Assembly: GCF_964355755.1 (NCBI RefSeq)
Contig: NC_092679.1
Coordinates: 17,157,432-17,221,431 of the forward strand
From: Antedon mediterranea
Lineage: Eukaryota > Animalia > Echinodermata
Length of the DNA: 64,000 nucleotides
Reading direction: 5' to 3'
Below the pieces are notes generated by a model. That model did not search any database. It had not been told where the DNA came from and saw nothing but the letters and a program-made list of their open reading frames with translations. Within the stretch, counting starts at the first letter, position 1, and each line of letters begins with the position of its first letter. A program made the translations under genes and the position numbers. Positions 52,644-64,000 of the stretch are shown here, piece by piece.

Positions 52644-53187
52644 GTAAGTTATTACTATTTATGTTATTAAATTCGATCCGACAGTCTTTACTGTTATATA
52701 TGAAGCATTGCAAAATTGAATAAATGCTAGCCTATTTGTTATCTCTTTTATATAGGCCTACCTACCTGCTGCTGACTTTCGGGCGGGCGAGAGCAGACGT
52801 GCTGGGCATGCTGTGTGTAGTTCATATGCGCGTAAAAAAGCAGCCGATGCGTATATAAAAAACATAGCGCCTTCATTTACCTAGAAATGACAGCGTTATT
52901 CTTTTACTTTGTATTATGTTTTTTGTTTGCAATTGAAATACAATCTTATTTAGTCGTTGTAGAAATACCGTATAGGCTATTCCACATACGTTTTACAGAA
53001 TTTTGTATTTCTGTTTAAAGTTTGATATATTTTAATAATGTATTTCATTGTTTAAAAAGTTTGATAGGGCCTACTTCTACTGTCTGTCAATAAAAGTAGC
53101 CTAGGCCTAGGCCCATATACAACAAGGAACAATCATAGCCATCTGTCTATGTGACCTAAATACCATTTAAAGCACCGGACTTGAAAA

Positions 53188-55652
53188 ATGGAGGGCAACA
53201 CTGAACGCATCTTTGAGCCATTGAAAACATTTATTGTAACCCCACCATCATCAAATGATGGTATCGAAAGTGGTCATCAGAAGATTGTAGAACGTGTCTT
53301 AGTAACTAGTGTACCAGATGCTAATGGATGGAAAAGAAGACATGACTGGCAAGGGATCGATTCGGACATGGTTGGTTCTCTAGCACCCATTAAAAGATTG
53401 AAGAACTCATCAATGACAGTAAAAAGCAAAGAGATGAATGCTTATTTTAAACTTTTTGGTATGATATTTTAAATTATTAATGATTAAACACAGATCTTGC
53501 TATTGTATTGATCAGTCTTTCAAATTTGAATATCCATATGTTTTATAAATTATTATTATTTTAACAGAAAATGAAATAATTCAGGATTTCCTATGGATGG
53601 ACAAATGTGCAAAAATAGCTGACAAGGTACGGTATATTACCAAATCCTTTCAACTTTTCAACTACTTGAAATATGTATTAAAACATTTTATTTTTTGTGT
53701 TTAAAATGTAATTATAGTAAGAAGAAAGTATATAAGTGATAATCAAGTTTCTCAACAATAAGTTAGTTTTTAATGTTTTTTTTTCTTACAGTACCTTTTA
53801 GCAATGGTCTTTGCTTATTTTAAGAGAGCAGAATTTAAGATCAAACAGTTCACCAAAATAAATTTTTTTATTGCATTGTAAGTTTAAAAAGTTTATTATT
53901 GCTTTAAATAAATGTTTATTGTTTTGTAAGTTTAAAAAAAAAATTTTTAATGTTCAATACAAAATTGTGTTTACATTTTGTTTTTTTTTTATATAAATTG
54001 TAGAGTGTGTATTTTGTACCTTGCTAAAGGTAAATGTAATAAAAATATGAATATGTTAATATGATTTTACTTACAATTTCTGAATTGTATTAATACAAAT
54101 TATTAGGTACCTTGCAAATGATATGGAAGAGGACGAAGAGGATTTTAAATATGAGATCTTTCCATGGGCTCTTGGCAGAGATTGGAGACATAAATACACT
54201 AGGTTTTTACGCAAAAAGGACCTTTTCTGGAAGTCGATTAACTTCAGAGCTGCAGTTAGTAGACGATGTTGTGAAGAGGTAGGCTTTTAATATATTACAG
54301 CCATTATTTAGTACACACAAAATGTGTATTCAGTACGAAAAAGCCACTTGATTCTCTGTACTGCATCATCACATTTGTATAACATGTGATGCCTGTATTA
54401 TGTTGTTATATACACTGCTGCCAATGATTTTCACAGCTAATTTCAATAATATAATATGTCCTTACTGCTATGTATTAACTTTTGTAAAGGTTGCCCTATT
54501 AATGGGGCAAAAGAACATTTTAATTAAACATTACTATAAACTGCTAAAGGTTGCCCTATTAACTTTTGTAAAGATTGCCCTATTGATGGCACAAAAGAAC
54601 ATTTTAATTATACATTACTATACACTGCTAAATGTTGCCCTATTAACTGTTGTAAAGGTTGCCCTATTGATGGCACAGAAGAACATTACAAATATCTATT
54701 ACTATAAACTGGTAAAGGTTCTCTAATGATGATAGTATTGAACAATACAAATTTATGCTTGGTTTGCTAACTAATACTACTTGTTTTAAGATAATGGCAA
54801 TTGCCCCATATCATGGGATTTGGCAACGCAATAGAGCCGACCACCATGGTGGAGCTTATAGGAACTATGACACAGACGATGAATTTCTGCCCCGTGGGCC
54901 TGGCGCTTCACCGGTCCACTGTGAGGCTTGTGCCAAGAAAGGAACTTATGTATACACACCATCAAGTTCTGAAGAGACAGATGATGGCTACTTACTTCTG
55001 TATTCTTGCACCGATACCTCAGATGAGGAGACTGACCAAGCAGTACCAAAGAGTTTTGATATGAGAGGTGCAGTAATGTTTTCTTTAACATTTTCCAATT
55101 ATCTAAAACTCTGTCCAAACAAACTTTATGTGACAAAAAATGTAATGTGCCCATATATGACATGATGATATCATATCACTACCATATTTGGACGTATCAC
55201 TACCATATTTAGGCACACACTTTTTTTGTCAAACTAGTTTGATAATATAGACGGGGCTTTATTCAGATTTTGAAGGACTTTGAACTATCTACCTTTTGGC
55301 TCTTATTTTTAATACACTTTTACAAATCATTTAGTTATAGAATTGTCAGGTTCTTGAAGTGCTTGTTCAGACTTAATTCTTTACCAGGCTAGGTTGGCTT
55401 CTTCAGACCAATTATTGCTAACTTTTAAGTAGGTAGTTCACCAACTTACTTGGGTAAACTATGGAGTATTCTTTACTCCATGAGTAAACTAAGTGTGAAA
55501 TGCACCCACATTTAAGTTATTCTTTCACCATTAAACCAGTTACCACACCGTGCCTGTTTACCAATATTTGTTGTATTTTTACAGGTCTTCAGAACACATT
55601 ACAAACCAGTGATGACTCCTACTCATACTTTTGGGCTGATAAAGATGAGTAA
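53188..55652 (+). CDS. SPDYA: Speedy/RINGO CDK activator (Speedy A-like), 6 coding exons
   Basis: Exons approx 53188-53458, 53568-53627 ([14 protein letters not shown]), 53793-53877 ([13 protein letters not shown]), 54108-54279 ([21 protein letters not shown]...[11 protein letters not shown]), 54791-55067 (WQR.R..HHGGA.R...PRGP), 55585-55652. Confidence 0.95.
54472..54722. repeat. ~84-bp compound minisatellite x3
   Basis: aaaggttgccctatt recurs twice per unit; explains ORF 54400-54726. Confidence 0.85.
55106..55260. mobile_element. MITE family A
   Basis: ctctgtccaaacaaactttatgtgac ... aaactagtttgataatatagacggggctt. Confidence 0.8.
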
Positions 55653-56579
55653 CATTATAATAAAGTTGTGCATTCTTCACCAATTCTTGTTGCTGTATCT
55701 CCACATACAGCAATATGTGTTTAGTATCATAAGCAACTTCCACAATAAAGCATCACATGTGGTGCCTCTATCATGGAAGGTTAGGTAAAGGGTTAGGCTA
55801 GGGTGTATGATACAGGCATCACATATGAATCACATGTGATACAGTATCATGGAATTTGCCTTGATACTGGACGAATTTAATACTAAGAAATGACTGGAAT
55901 CTACTGTAATACAGCAATAAATAACATATGGAAGAGGAATACGAATCTTTCAATTATGAAAGAAATTAAGTTACAATTTTGTTGAATAAGTTAACAGTTA
56001 ACTTTTTAAAGAAGAGTGGGGATTTATATAATAATATTTAAAACAATATTTTTTTTCCTGCTAAAATAGTATTGTATTATGTTTAGTTGTATACATGTAG
56101 AATGTATAGTACATGTAAAATAAAAATACCAAGCAAAAAAAGGTCAAGGGTCAAGCTCTTTTTGTCCCTCTTTGTGGGTAGAGGACTGGGGTGCAAATAT
56201 GACCATGACCTTTTCAAATGGGGGAGTGCAGTATTTAAGTTTCTTAACAAATTAGTAAAACAAAGATCTCTATTTTTTGTTTAAAACTAAAAGATTAAAG
56301 AATATATAATTATTTATTCAAAATATTTGTTTACTTTCTAATAATTGAAAGTGATGAAAGTTTTATGTTTAGAGAATAGAAATAAATAAAATTAAAACTA
56401 ATTTTGAATGTTAAAAACTTAATAAATTATACATAGATAGAAAAGATTTTTACTTTAGAAGAAGTACAGATTATATATAAAAAACCTATTTATTTATTTA
56501 TTGTACTATTACTGTATTATAACAAGGGGAAGAGAAAAATTTGAATTTCACTCTTCCCTGGTACAGGTATAACATTTTT

Positions 56580-56972
56580 TTTTAAAGATGTACCTAGGCC
56601 TATTTTGTGCAAGGAGCAATGGGTTAATAAAACTAATATTTTATATAACATATATCTGTCCAATCAGAGACCGATGTTCTGTTGACTAGATGACCTTTAA
56701 AATGTTTTTAATTAGTGACATGTGCTGACCATATTTATTAACCATTTTTTTCTTATAGAAAAAAAGTACATAGACAAGTTACTGTATTCTATTTAAAGAT
56801 GTACCTAGGCCTATTACTTATGTGCAAGGAGCAATGGGTTGATAAAACTAATATTTATTACGAAATATATCCATCCAATCAGAGACCGATGTTCTGTTGA
56901 ATAGATGACCATATTTATTAACCCTTTTTTCTTATAGAAAAAAGTAGAAACAAGTTACAGTATTCTATTTAT
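56580..56972. repeat. ~211-bp local tandem duplication
   Basis: tttaaagatgtacctaggcctat at 56581 and 56792, with shared ccaatcagagaccgatgttctgttga. Confidence 0.85.
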
Positions 56973-57169
56973 CTTAGTAGATGTACCATAATAATAAATA
57001 TCAGTAAATTATTTGTTTGTATGGTAAATATATGGTTACTTTAATGTGATTTAATCATATTTATGTGATTGTATAAAAAAAAGACAATAAAGTTATGTTG
57101 TTATTTATTATTGCAGGTTTAAACTTTTATTTTTTGGGGTCCAATTTAGAATTTAGAATTATTTCTTTA

Positions 57170-57622
57170 AAGCTCTGTCTGCACTATCAAACTAGTTTGA
57201 AAAAAAAAGTGTGATGTGCCGAAATATGGTAGTGATATGACAGGGGCGTGTGGCGCAGTGTGTTGGACGTTGGACTACCGATCGTCAGACCTAGGTTCGA
57301 ATCCAACTCTCGCCGCATTGCTTGTATCCGTAGGCAAGATACTTTACTTACGTTGCCTCTCTCCACCCAGGTGTATAAATGGGTACCCAGTTAGATCTAG
57401 ACACAACTTTGCGCTGGTTACCGGCTGCATTATGGGAGTATGTTTCCATACGTGTTTGATCCCAAAAAATACTGGGGTAATAATCCTTGTAAAGCGCCTT
57501 TGAGCATGATTACTCATGAAAAGGGCGCTATATAAATGTGGTATTATTATCATCATGTCCATGTAATGTATGGGTACATCTAATTTTTTTTGTCACATAA
57601 AGTTTGATGTAGACAAAGATTT
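57170..57622. mobile_element. MITE family A (reverse orientation) split by a SINE
   Basis: Left half ends gtagtgatatgaca (57242); right half resumes tcatcatgtccat (~57550). Confidence 0.8.
57243..57552 (+). mobile_element. Full-length tRNA-derived SINE with LINE2-like tail
   Basis: A-box tggcgcagtg, B-box ggttcgaatcc, CORE-like centre (ggcaagatacttt...ctctctccacccaggtgtataaatggg), tail gtaaagcgcctttgag...ggcgctatataaat...(tat)n. Confidence 0.85.
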
Positions 57623-60477
57623 AGGCTACTAGTATTAGCTTAAACAATATCTTCAGTCTTCAAAATCTGAAATTGCCTTCAAAGTCTTTTGTTGATGAAT
57701 GATGGTGTGTTTCTCTTTGATAGGCTACTTAGCTATTAAGTATTACCAATTTAAACAAACAACCACTTATTCATGATGATGTTGATTGAAACACCATCTA
57801 GAAAAACCGCAATTGGCCAATTGGAAAACACTATTTCTTTTGAAAGCCCAATCAGTTTGCCAAAAAGATGTTTTTATATTTCCACTCAATCTCTGATCGT
57901 TTGCATTTATCAGCATTTGAATATCTCTAGGCCAAGGGCCAATCTACAACTATGTGGCAGGGACAAATGCACATGCCTGGTGGAAATTCTTAATTCACCA
58001 AAGGATTCCAGTGAAAATTGATCCTCTGCTGTGTTGACAACGCTCAGAAATCTTAATCTGGTCTTAATACATGAATGTGTTTATTTAAATTTGTTTATTT
58101 AAATTTTTGAAATACATAAACAATATTTGAACAGCAATACATATTACTTTTTGCAGCAAAAACAAACAAACGGCACTACTGCTGTACTGAGATTACTCTA
58201 CTCGGCTGCATGTTTTCAAAACAAACGCACGTGTAGTGTTAAGTTTAAGCAAAACTATCTTTATTATAGAGGGCGCTCATACTAAGAAAGTTAAGATCAG
58301 ATCTATTTATAACAAGAAATATTTCTTACAAAAACCGCCGCTTAACTTGTTGACGTACAGTAACAGTTTAGTTATTGTTCTTTCTTCATCAAATGATATA
58401 TTTTTTTAATTGATATTCTATTCAATAATTTAAGAAATATTGATGTATTATCTGAAATGCTCTATTTAATCATGAAGCAGGGCATAACGGGTATTAAACA
58501 CGTAACTGTTTTAAGGATGTATTATTATGATTGGTTCCAGTTTTCCTTCTGTTGTTGATTTAGCTTATCAATTAATTAATTAAATCCGCAATCAGACAAT
58601 CAACTTTTATTGCATAACAAAGTCTGTGGTCTATCGATGTACTGAGAACAAATATAAAACTATATAGTAGGCCTACTGTTCATATTCCGGCGTAGGGTCA
58701 ACCAACCCCCAACATTCCAATTCCATCTATACACACCAGGGAAGCTTCCCAGAAACAGTACATACACAACTATTTACCATATAGGAAGGATTTGACCCGG
58801 CGTTATTCAATGATAAATGCCTACGTTAACAGCCAGATTACCTGTCTGATCTCATAGGCTATCTTTCCCCATGCATAAGGGTTTGAGTATTCTCAGTCCG
58901 AGTTTTCAATACCCATTTTTTCAGCCGTAGTATTGTCGTATTCGATTGGGAACTTTCGTTGTCAACGTAAAGATTCGTTGAGTACTTTTTGTATTCGAAT
59001 TGTAAATTTGTGCTCAACAGAAAGTCATTCGAATAGAAAACGTTGACAACGAAATCTTTTTCGTTAAGAACAATCTCAACGCTCAAAATACTCCGTTAAA
59101 GAAGTACTCAACGGAAAAACTGTACTCAACGGTGAAAGTCTAAATCGAATACGACAATTGTAATAAGCTCCCGCATGTGATACAGCTCCTAATATTTCAT
59201 CCTTAATATAACTGCGGCGCAAAAAAATGCCATGGTTGATAATTGAACCATTTGGGCCCAACGTTGGACATAAGAGGATAGGGTAACCAATAAACCGCAA
59301 AAGGAAGTTTTCCATACCGTTTTTAGGTTGTTTTCGTCGAAAAAATCTTTTCTTAGAAATTAGCCTAAGTTGTGATCAACGAAATTATCAGGACGAAATA
59401 ACGGAAGATAGCGGTTGATGTCACTGTCCCTGTACCGCATCAACAGTTATCTTTCTTAAAAGTAAAGAAGATTGAGATTAAATTAAATTTAATTGATTCC
59501 CCATTTAATCACACCTGAATTTTGCCTTAAACGATATATGCCCTCTTAAAATTATTTTGTAACAATTTTGTTAAAATACCATTTTTGTCATAATAACTAT
59601 GACCTGTGACTTTGACAAAAAAAACTGGATTAAAAAAAGTGAAAAACAACATAATTTAAGAATGGTTTGGCTATTTTAAATACCGGTACAGTATACGGTA
59701 ATTGTTTAAATTCAATTTTGGTCAAATTGAATACAGTAACTATTGGTTAAATTAAAATGGCATATTCAACAACAAAATGTTTTAATGTTAAGTTCATCTG
59801 TTGTGGACGGGATTGTGGATTGAATGGGTATCGAAACTGTGTGGTTAATAAACGTGCTCAAAATAAATTGTTGTTTTTCCCATTTAATTCATAATAATTA
59901 GAGTTCTGTTCATACAACCAGTCTTATTACAATAGTGATTCTTCTGTTCTGTTAGGTAATCATCCGATAACAACTCATGGAGGGAAACCGCAGTTTCCAG
60001 GGACCTTCTGCTTAGTGGTCACGTGCACACCTTTGACTACAATTTCTATTTCGGAGATTCCCTTTTCTTCTTAGAGTATGTGTCGTAGGCCTGTTCCGGA
60101 TATCTCAATTTAACAGTCAGTCTATCATTTCTATTCTTCAAGGAATATAGTCCTGATACATTTCCGTTTTATATGTTTGGGAATGATACCGGATATGATG
60201 ACAGTCGTTTGAGCTGTTATTAAGAGCACGGAAAACAATTATCGGGTCTCCATAATATTGGGAGATTAGATGTAAGACTGGTGGTATATGATTGATTGCC
60301 AGCCCGGTTTTTTGGGTGACTTTTTTCTGAATACGTGTAATAGCTGTACAAACAGTTCATATACTTGTGCTAGAGACCACCACCCCCTGAGAGGTACACT
60401 GTGGAAAAGCAAGACTTTTGAGTACAATAGTCTGATCTGAGACTGAAAGTACAGACGTGTAATTTGGAGGCTTAAAT

Positions 60478-63400
60478 ATGCTTCCTGACCAGGAGGAGGT
60501 GCTTACCTTGTTTGGGACGGATCGTGCTATGCGGAAACATGATTGGGTAAACATCTTAAGAGGCCTGGTAGCAAGACTGTTGTTTACGGGGCATGTTGTT
60601 ATCTGTGCAAAGCAATATTCTCAAGTTCTTTGTGATACCAAAGCCTGGTTTATGTTGATTTTGTTAGCTATTATATACGCTGAATTTATACTTCTTATTG
60701 TTCTTCGTCGGGGAAAGGAATGGAAATGGTAAGTTGGTATAGGAGGAGGAGGAGGTATAGGTGGGTCACGTCTATACAACTCACTGGGTAGAGGATATAA
60801 AATTCCTTTAAAGATGTATTGTCCCCCTGAAAAAATAATTCATTAACAACATTTTTGTTGAATATTCCATTTTACTGCAACATAATAGTTATCCACTTTG
60901 ACCAAGGATCGGAAAAAAAATGTATTTACCTGAAAAAACTGTAATTTAAAGCAAAATGGTCAATATTGGCTTCCAGCCAATGAGTTTTTGGTTGAATTTA
61001 ATCATTTCTTTTGTCATTTTATAAGTGAAAAAAAAATTTTTTTTTAAATATTTTTTTTCTACGGAAGTGATTCACTTTATTAAAACTACAAAATAACATA
61101 TTCAAAGTTTGATTTAATTAATCTTCATTTTTCATGTTTTTGGGGACAATACAACTTTAATTTATGACATATCTTTTGGCCACAATTAATATTCAATAAC
61201 AATTCATGAATTTAAAATTAAAACACTGGTCGGAAGGAATATACATTTAATATATCCGTGACAAAAATGGAGTGATTGACAACCGACTGATACACCAACT
61301 ACTATATTCTTTACCATCCATCACAGAAATATTAACTATGGAAACAGACAGCATTATAACATAGAGTGGTTGCATTATAAACCTGACAAAATTTTATTTT
61401 AATTGTAATGCAAATTTTGATATGACTCCATGGGATATTGTTTCATGCATTTGATATACTCACCAACCAGCATGTTAAGATTCTTCTGCATTTCTTGCAA
61501 TTAAACCAACACCTGGCCAGAAAAAATCAATATTAAAATTGATACACCAAACTCAACTTTAAAAAATGTTTTTTCTATGAGCTATGTCCCCTTAAATATT
61601 TGAACAAATTTAATACGCAATTCTTACAGTCTTGTGTAGGTTTGTCCCACTTTTATTATGATACTCTGTTACAAATATATATATGTGTATACATTTATAA
61701 TTTTTTTTAAACATATTGTTTTCTCTCATTTGTGTGTTACTGTTTAATAGGCAATTTTCATAGCAATGACCATCTTACATGATTATTCTCTTTGACAAAA
61801 ATTTGGATTAAAAAAGGAAAATTGTGTAGGCCTAGAAACCAGAAATACTGTACCAGAAGTTCATTTTCAGGTTAACTGCATATTTTATTTTGCTGTTTTT
61901 TTTATAAGAAAAAATCACTATTTTTTTTTTGTTTTTTTTTTTTTTTTAACATAATTGAATAATGTATTCAAAATGGCCAAGTAAGAATGCTTTATGATAT
62001 ATAAACTGTTTCATATTTTGTAGGTTTTTGCTCTCAATTCTGTGTTATCTACTGACTGTAGTTCCAACACTGTGGATTTTGGAAATCCGTTCCCTCAAAA
62101 TTTTGGTGGATGGTATGAATAACAATAGTTGTGGCAATGATAGCAAGATCTCTAACGAAACCTCAACCATTTTGGGATTACAGGTATATATTTTGATATA
62201 TGTATATTTATCCAAAGGCAAAATACTGAAAAAATGACAATGCTGTGGGTATCAGTGGCTGGATCTCAAAGGAGATACAAAAAAAAAGCAAAAAGCTAAA
62301 TCAAAACAATAAAGTAAAACAGCCAGAAAAGTTAGCAGAGCTTTCGGGCAACACTAGCCCTTCATCAGTGAAGATATATGTATATATATAAATGCTTTTT
62401 ATTTTGTATCTCCATTGCGATCCAGCCACTGATACCCACAGCATTGTCATTATTTTCAGTAATTAGCCTTTGGATTTGTTGATACACTGATGCATTTGTG
62501 AAGTGGTAGTGTTGACCGAAAGCTCTGCAAATAATTCTGGCTGTTTTACTTTATTGTTTTGATGTTAGCTTTTTACTTATTTTATTTTGTATCACCATTG
62601 AGATCCAGCCACAGCATTTTCAGTAATTTGTGTCCGGTGGGTAAAGCCTGTTTTCCTGTCGACGCTATCGTCGTTGATCGTTAACAGTTCAACGACGATC
62701 GTTTGAAAACGATCAAGTTGAAATAATAACGATAGCGAGTACCTTTTCCTGTAAATCGTTAACATTTCAATGTTTACGTAGAAGATCGCCGATTATTGTT
62801 AACGATAGCGTCGAATAACGTCGACAGGCTTTAGACTGCTTCCAAATAAACTGTTGCAAGTCAGGTAACTGTAACATACTCTTACAACTGTAAATATGCA
62901 ACCCTTTAATTGACTTGCATACAAATGTAATCTTTTTTTTTTAAGATGACGCACCAAGAGTGGTCTGTGACCCTTCAACAAATTCTTCTTTTTGTGCTAA
63001 TAATTGGTCGATGGATCCTACCGCGAGGACCAGTCACAAGTGACCAAATATCGCAACTGCTTCTAATCCAGATCGGCATAGGAGCAGATATCCTCGAGTT
63101 CTCGACCGAGGGGTTACGGCTGCCAGAGGTACAGGCCCAAAGTAGCGTTGTGTACGTTATTCTTGCGGTGTGGACTGCCAGCTTATTCCAGTTCACGTTG
63201 TGTTTGACACTTCGTAAGAGACGAAAACCACGGGCAAATGTTAAGGGTTTTCAAAAGTTTAAATCCTTTGCTGGTATGTGTTGTGCGACAGAAGTCTGGA
63301 GTATTGTCGTGACTTCTAGTCTTCAAGACGGCCCATTTTTACTAGTCCGCATCTATCTCATCTCGATTCAAGAAACTCAAAACCAGCTTCTAATCTTTTT

Positions 63401-63599
63401 TATGTTGAAAAACATACTTGTGTTACTTCTGCAGTGCTATAGATTATGGGTGTTGTTGAATAGGAGGCTAGACATGAGGCGTTCTCAGCGTATTGCTGTG
63501 AAGCTGGGGAAAGTTAGACATGGGGTGGGTGATGTTGGTACTTTAGATTCAAGAAATAATGGAACGCTGCGACCTGGCATTATGGATACAAAAGTATAA
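60478..63599 (+). CDS. TMEM26: Transmembrane protein 26-like, 3 coding exons
   Basis: Exons ~60478 (true start may be the ATG at 60529)-60728 (ARLLF..H...RRGKEWKW), 62024-62183 (CYL..VVP.LWILE), 62946-63599 (L.IGRWILP....DQISQLLL..IG.GADILEF...QDGPFL.VR...FF.LKN.LV..LQ.YRL). Confidence 0.9.
60812..61156. mobile_element. Kolobok-like MITE
   Basis: ttaa|agatgtattgtcccc ... ggggacaatacaact|ttaa. Confidence 0.8.
62208..62630. mobile_element. Penelope-like/retrozyme-like repeat, inverted plus tandem copies
   Basis: 62210-62283 is the reverse complement of 62402-62475; the plus-strand unit restarts at ~62585 (~180-bp period); carries hammerhead cores; related fragment at ~10058-10175. Confidence 0.7.
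62335..62370 (-). ncRNA. Minimal type I hammerhead ribozyme motif
   Basis: Minus strand: ca-CUGAUGA-a-gggc-uaguguu-gccc-GAAA-gc-UC-ug; complete core, 4-bp stem II, palindromic AGCU stem III, but stem I is only ~2 bp in this copy. Confidence 0.6.
62642..62833. mobile_element. CpG-rich palindromic MITE
   Basis: taaagcctgt ... acaggcttta ends; internal IR tcgacgctatcg / cgatagcgtcga. Confidence 0.6.
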
Positions 63600-63609
63600 T
63601 CTATGCGAC

Positions 63610-63810
63610 TATTTAAATTGTGGGAAATCATTTGAATTGTGGGAAACCATTTGAATTATAAAAACTTATTTAAATTGTGGGAAATCATTTGAATTGTGGG
63701 AAATTATTTAAATTGTGTGAGATCATTTGAACTATGGGAAATTATTTGAATTGTGGGAAATTATTTGTATTTTGGGAAATAATTTGAAATGTGGGAATTA
63801 TTTGAATTTA
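63610..63810. repeat. ~19-bp minisatellite just after the TMEM26 stop
   Basis: atttgaattgtgggaaatc/t, about 10 copies. Confidence 0.9.
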
Positions 63811-64000
63811 TTAAAACTTCACTTAAATCAGTAGTACGCACTCATCAAAAAACACACAAATTGATACAATATCAATAACTTAAATAAAATAATTAAATAA
63901 ATAAAAGTTTTTGAAATAAAAAAAAGCTGACACGGCCGGCGTTTAACCATATAAATGATATTTCTGAATTTTGGGAAATTAACTGAATCATGAGAAATGA

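Noticed and set aside
57243-57316. tRNA gene
   Set aside because: A and B boxes are present but continue into a SINE body and tail; the cloverleaf is degenerate. The same applies to ~46180 and ~11945.

Overview
AT-rich, intron-rich metazoan DNA (gene structure and repeats suggest a marine invertebrate deuterostome; taxon not provable here). Six recognisable spliced genes: poly(A) polymerase (PAPOLA-like, -), seipin (BSCL2, +), PIGF (-), synoviolin/HRD1 (SYVN1, -), Speedy/RINGO (+) and TMEM26 (+), plus one unassigned 198-aa ORF. The dominant structure is a 15.8-kb non-coding foldback transposon (19566-35413) with ~148-bp near-identical TIRs and a 9-bp TSD. Its body is a ~180-bp satellite in two inverted arms (~77 vs ~8 units) with higher-order repeats, and it sits in what would otherwise be a ~0.5-kb PAPOLA/seipin bidirectional promoter. 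Also seen: four paralogous phase-0 NLS exons in the poly(A) polymerase, a hammerhead-ribozyme-bearing Penelope/retrozyme-like repeat, a Helentron/DINE-1-like element, nested TEs, many MITEs and SINEs, and a SYVN1-Speedy divergent pair that matches the human SYVN1-SPDYC arrangement. Exon coordinates were read by eye and may be off by a few bases; family names come from recall, not database searches.
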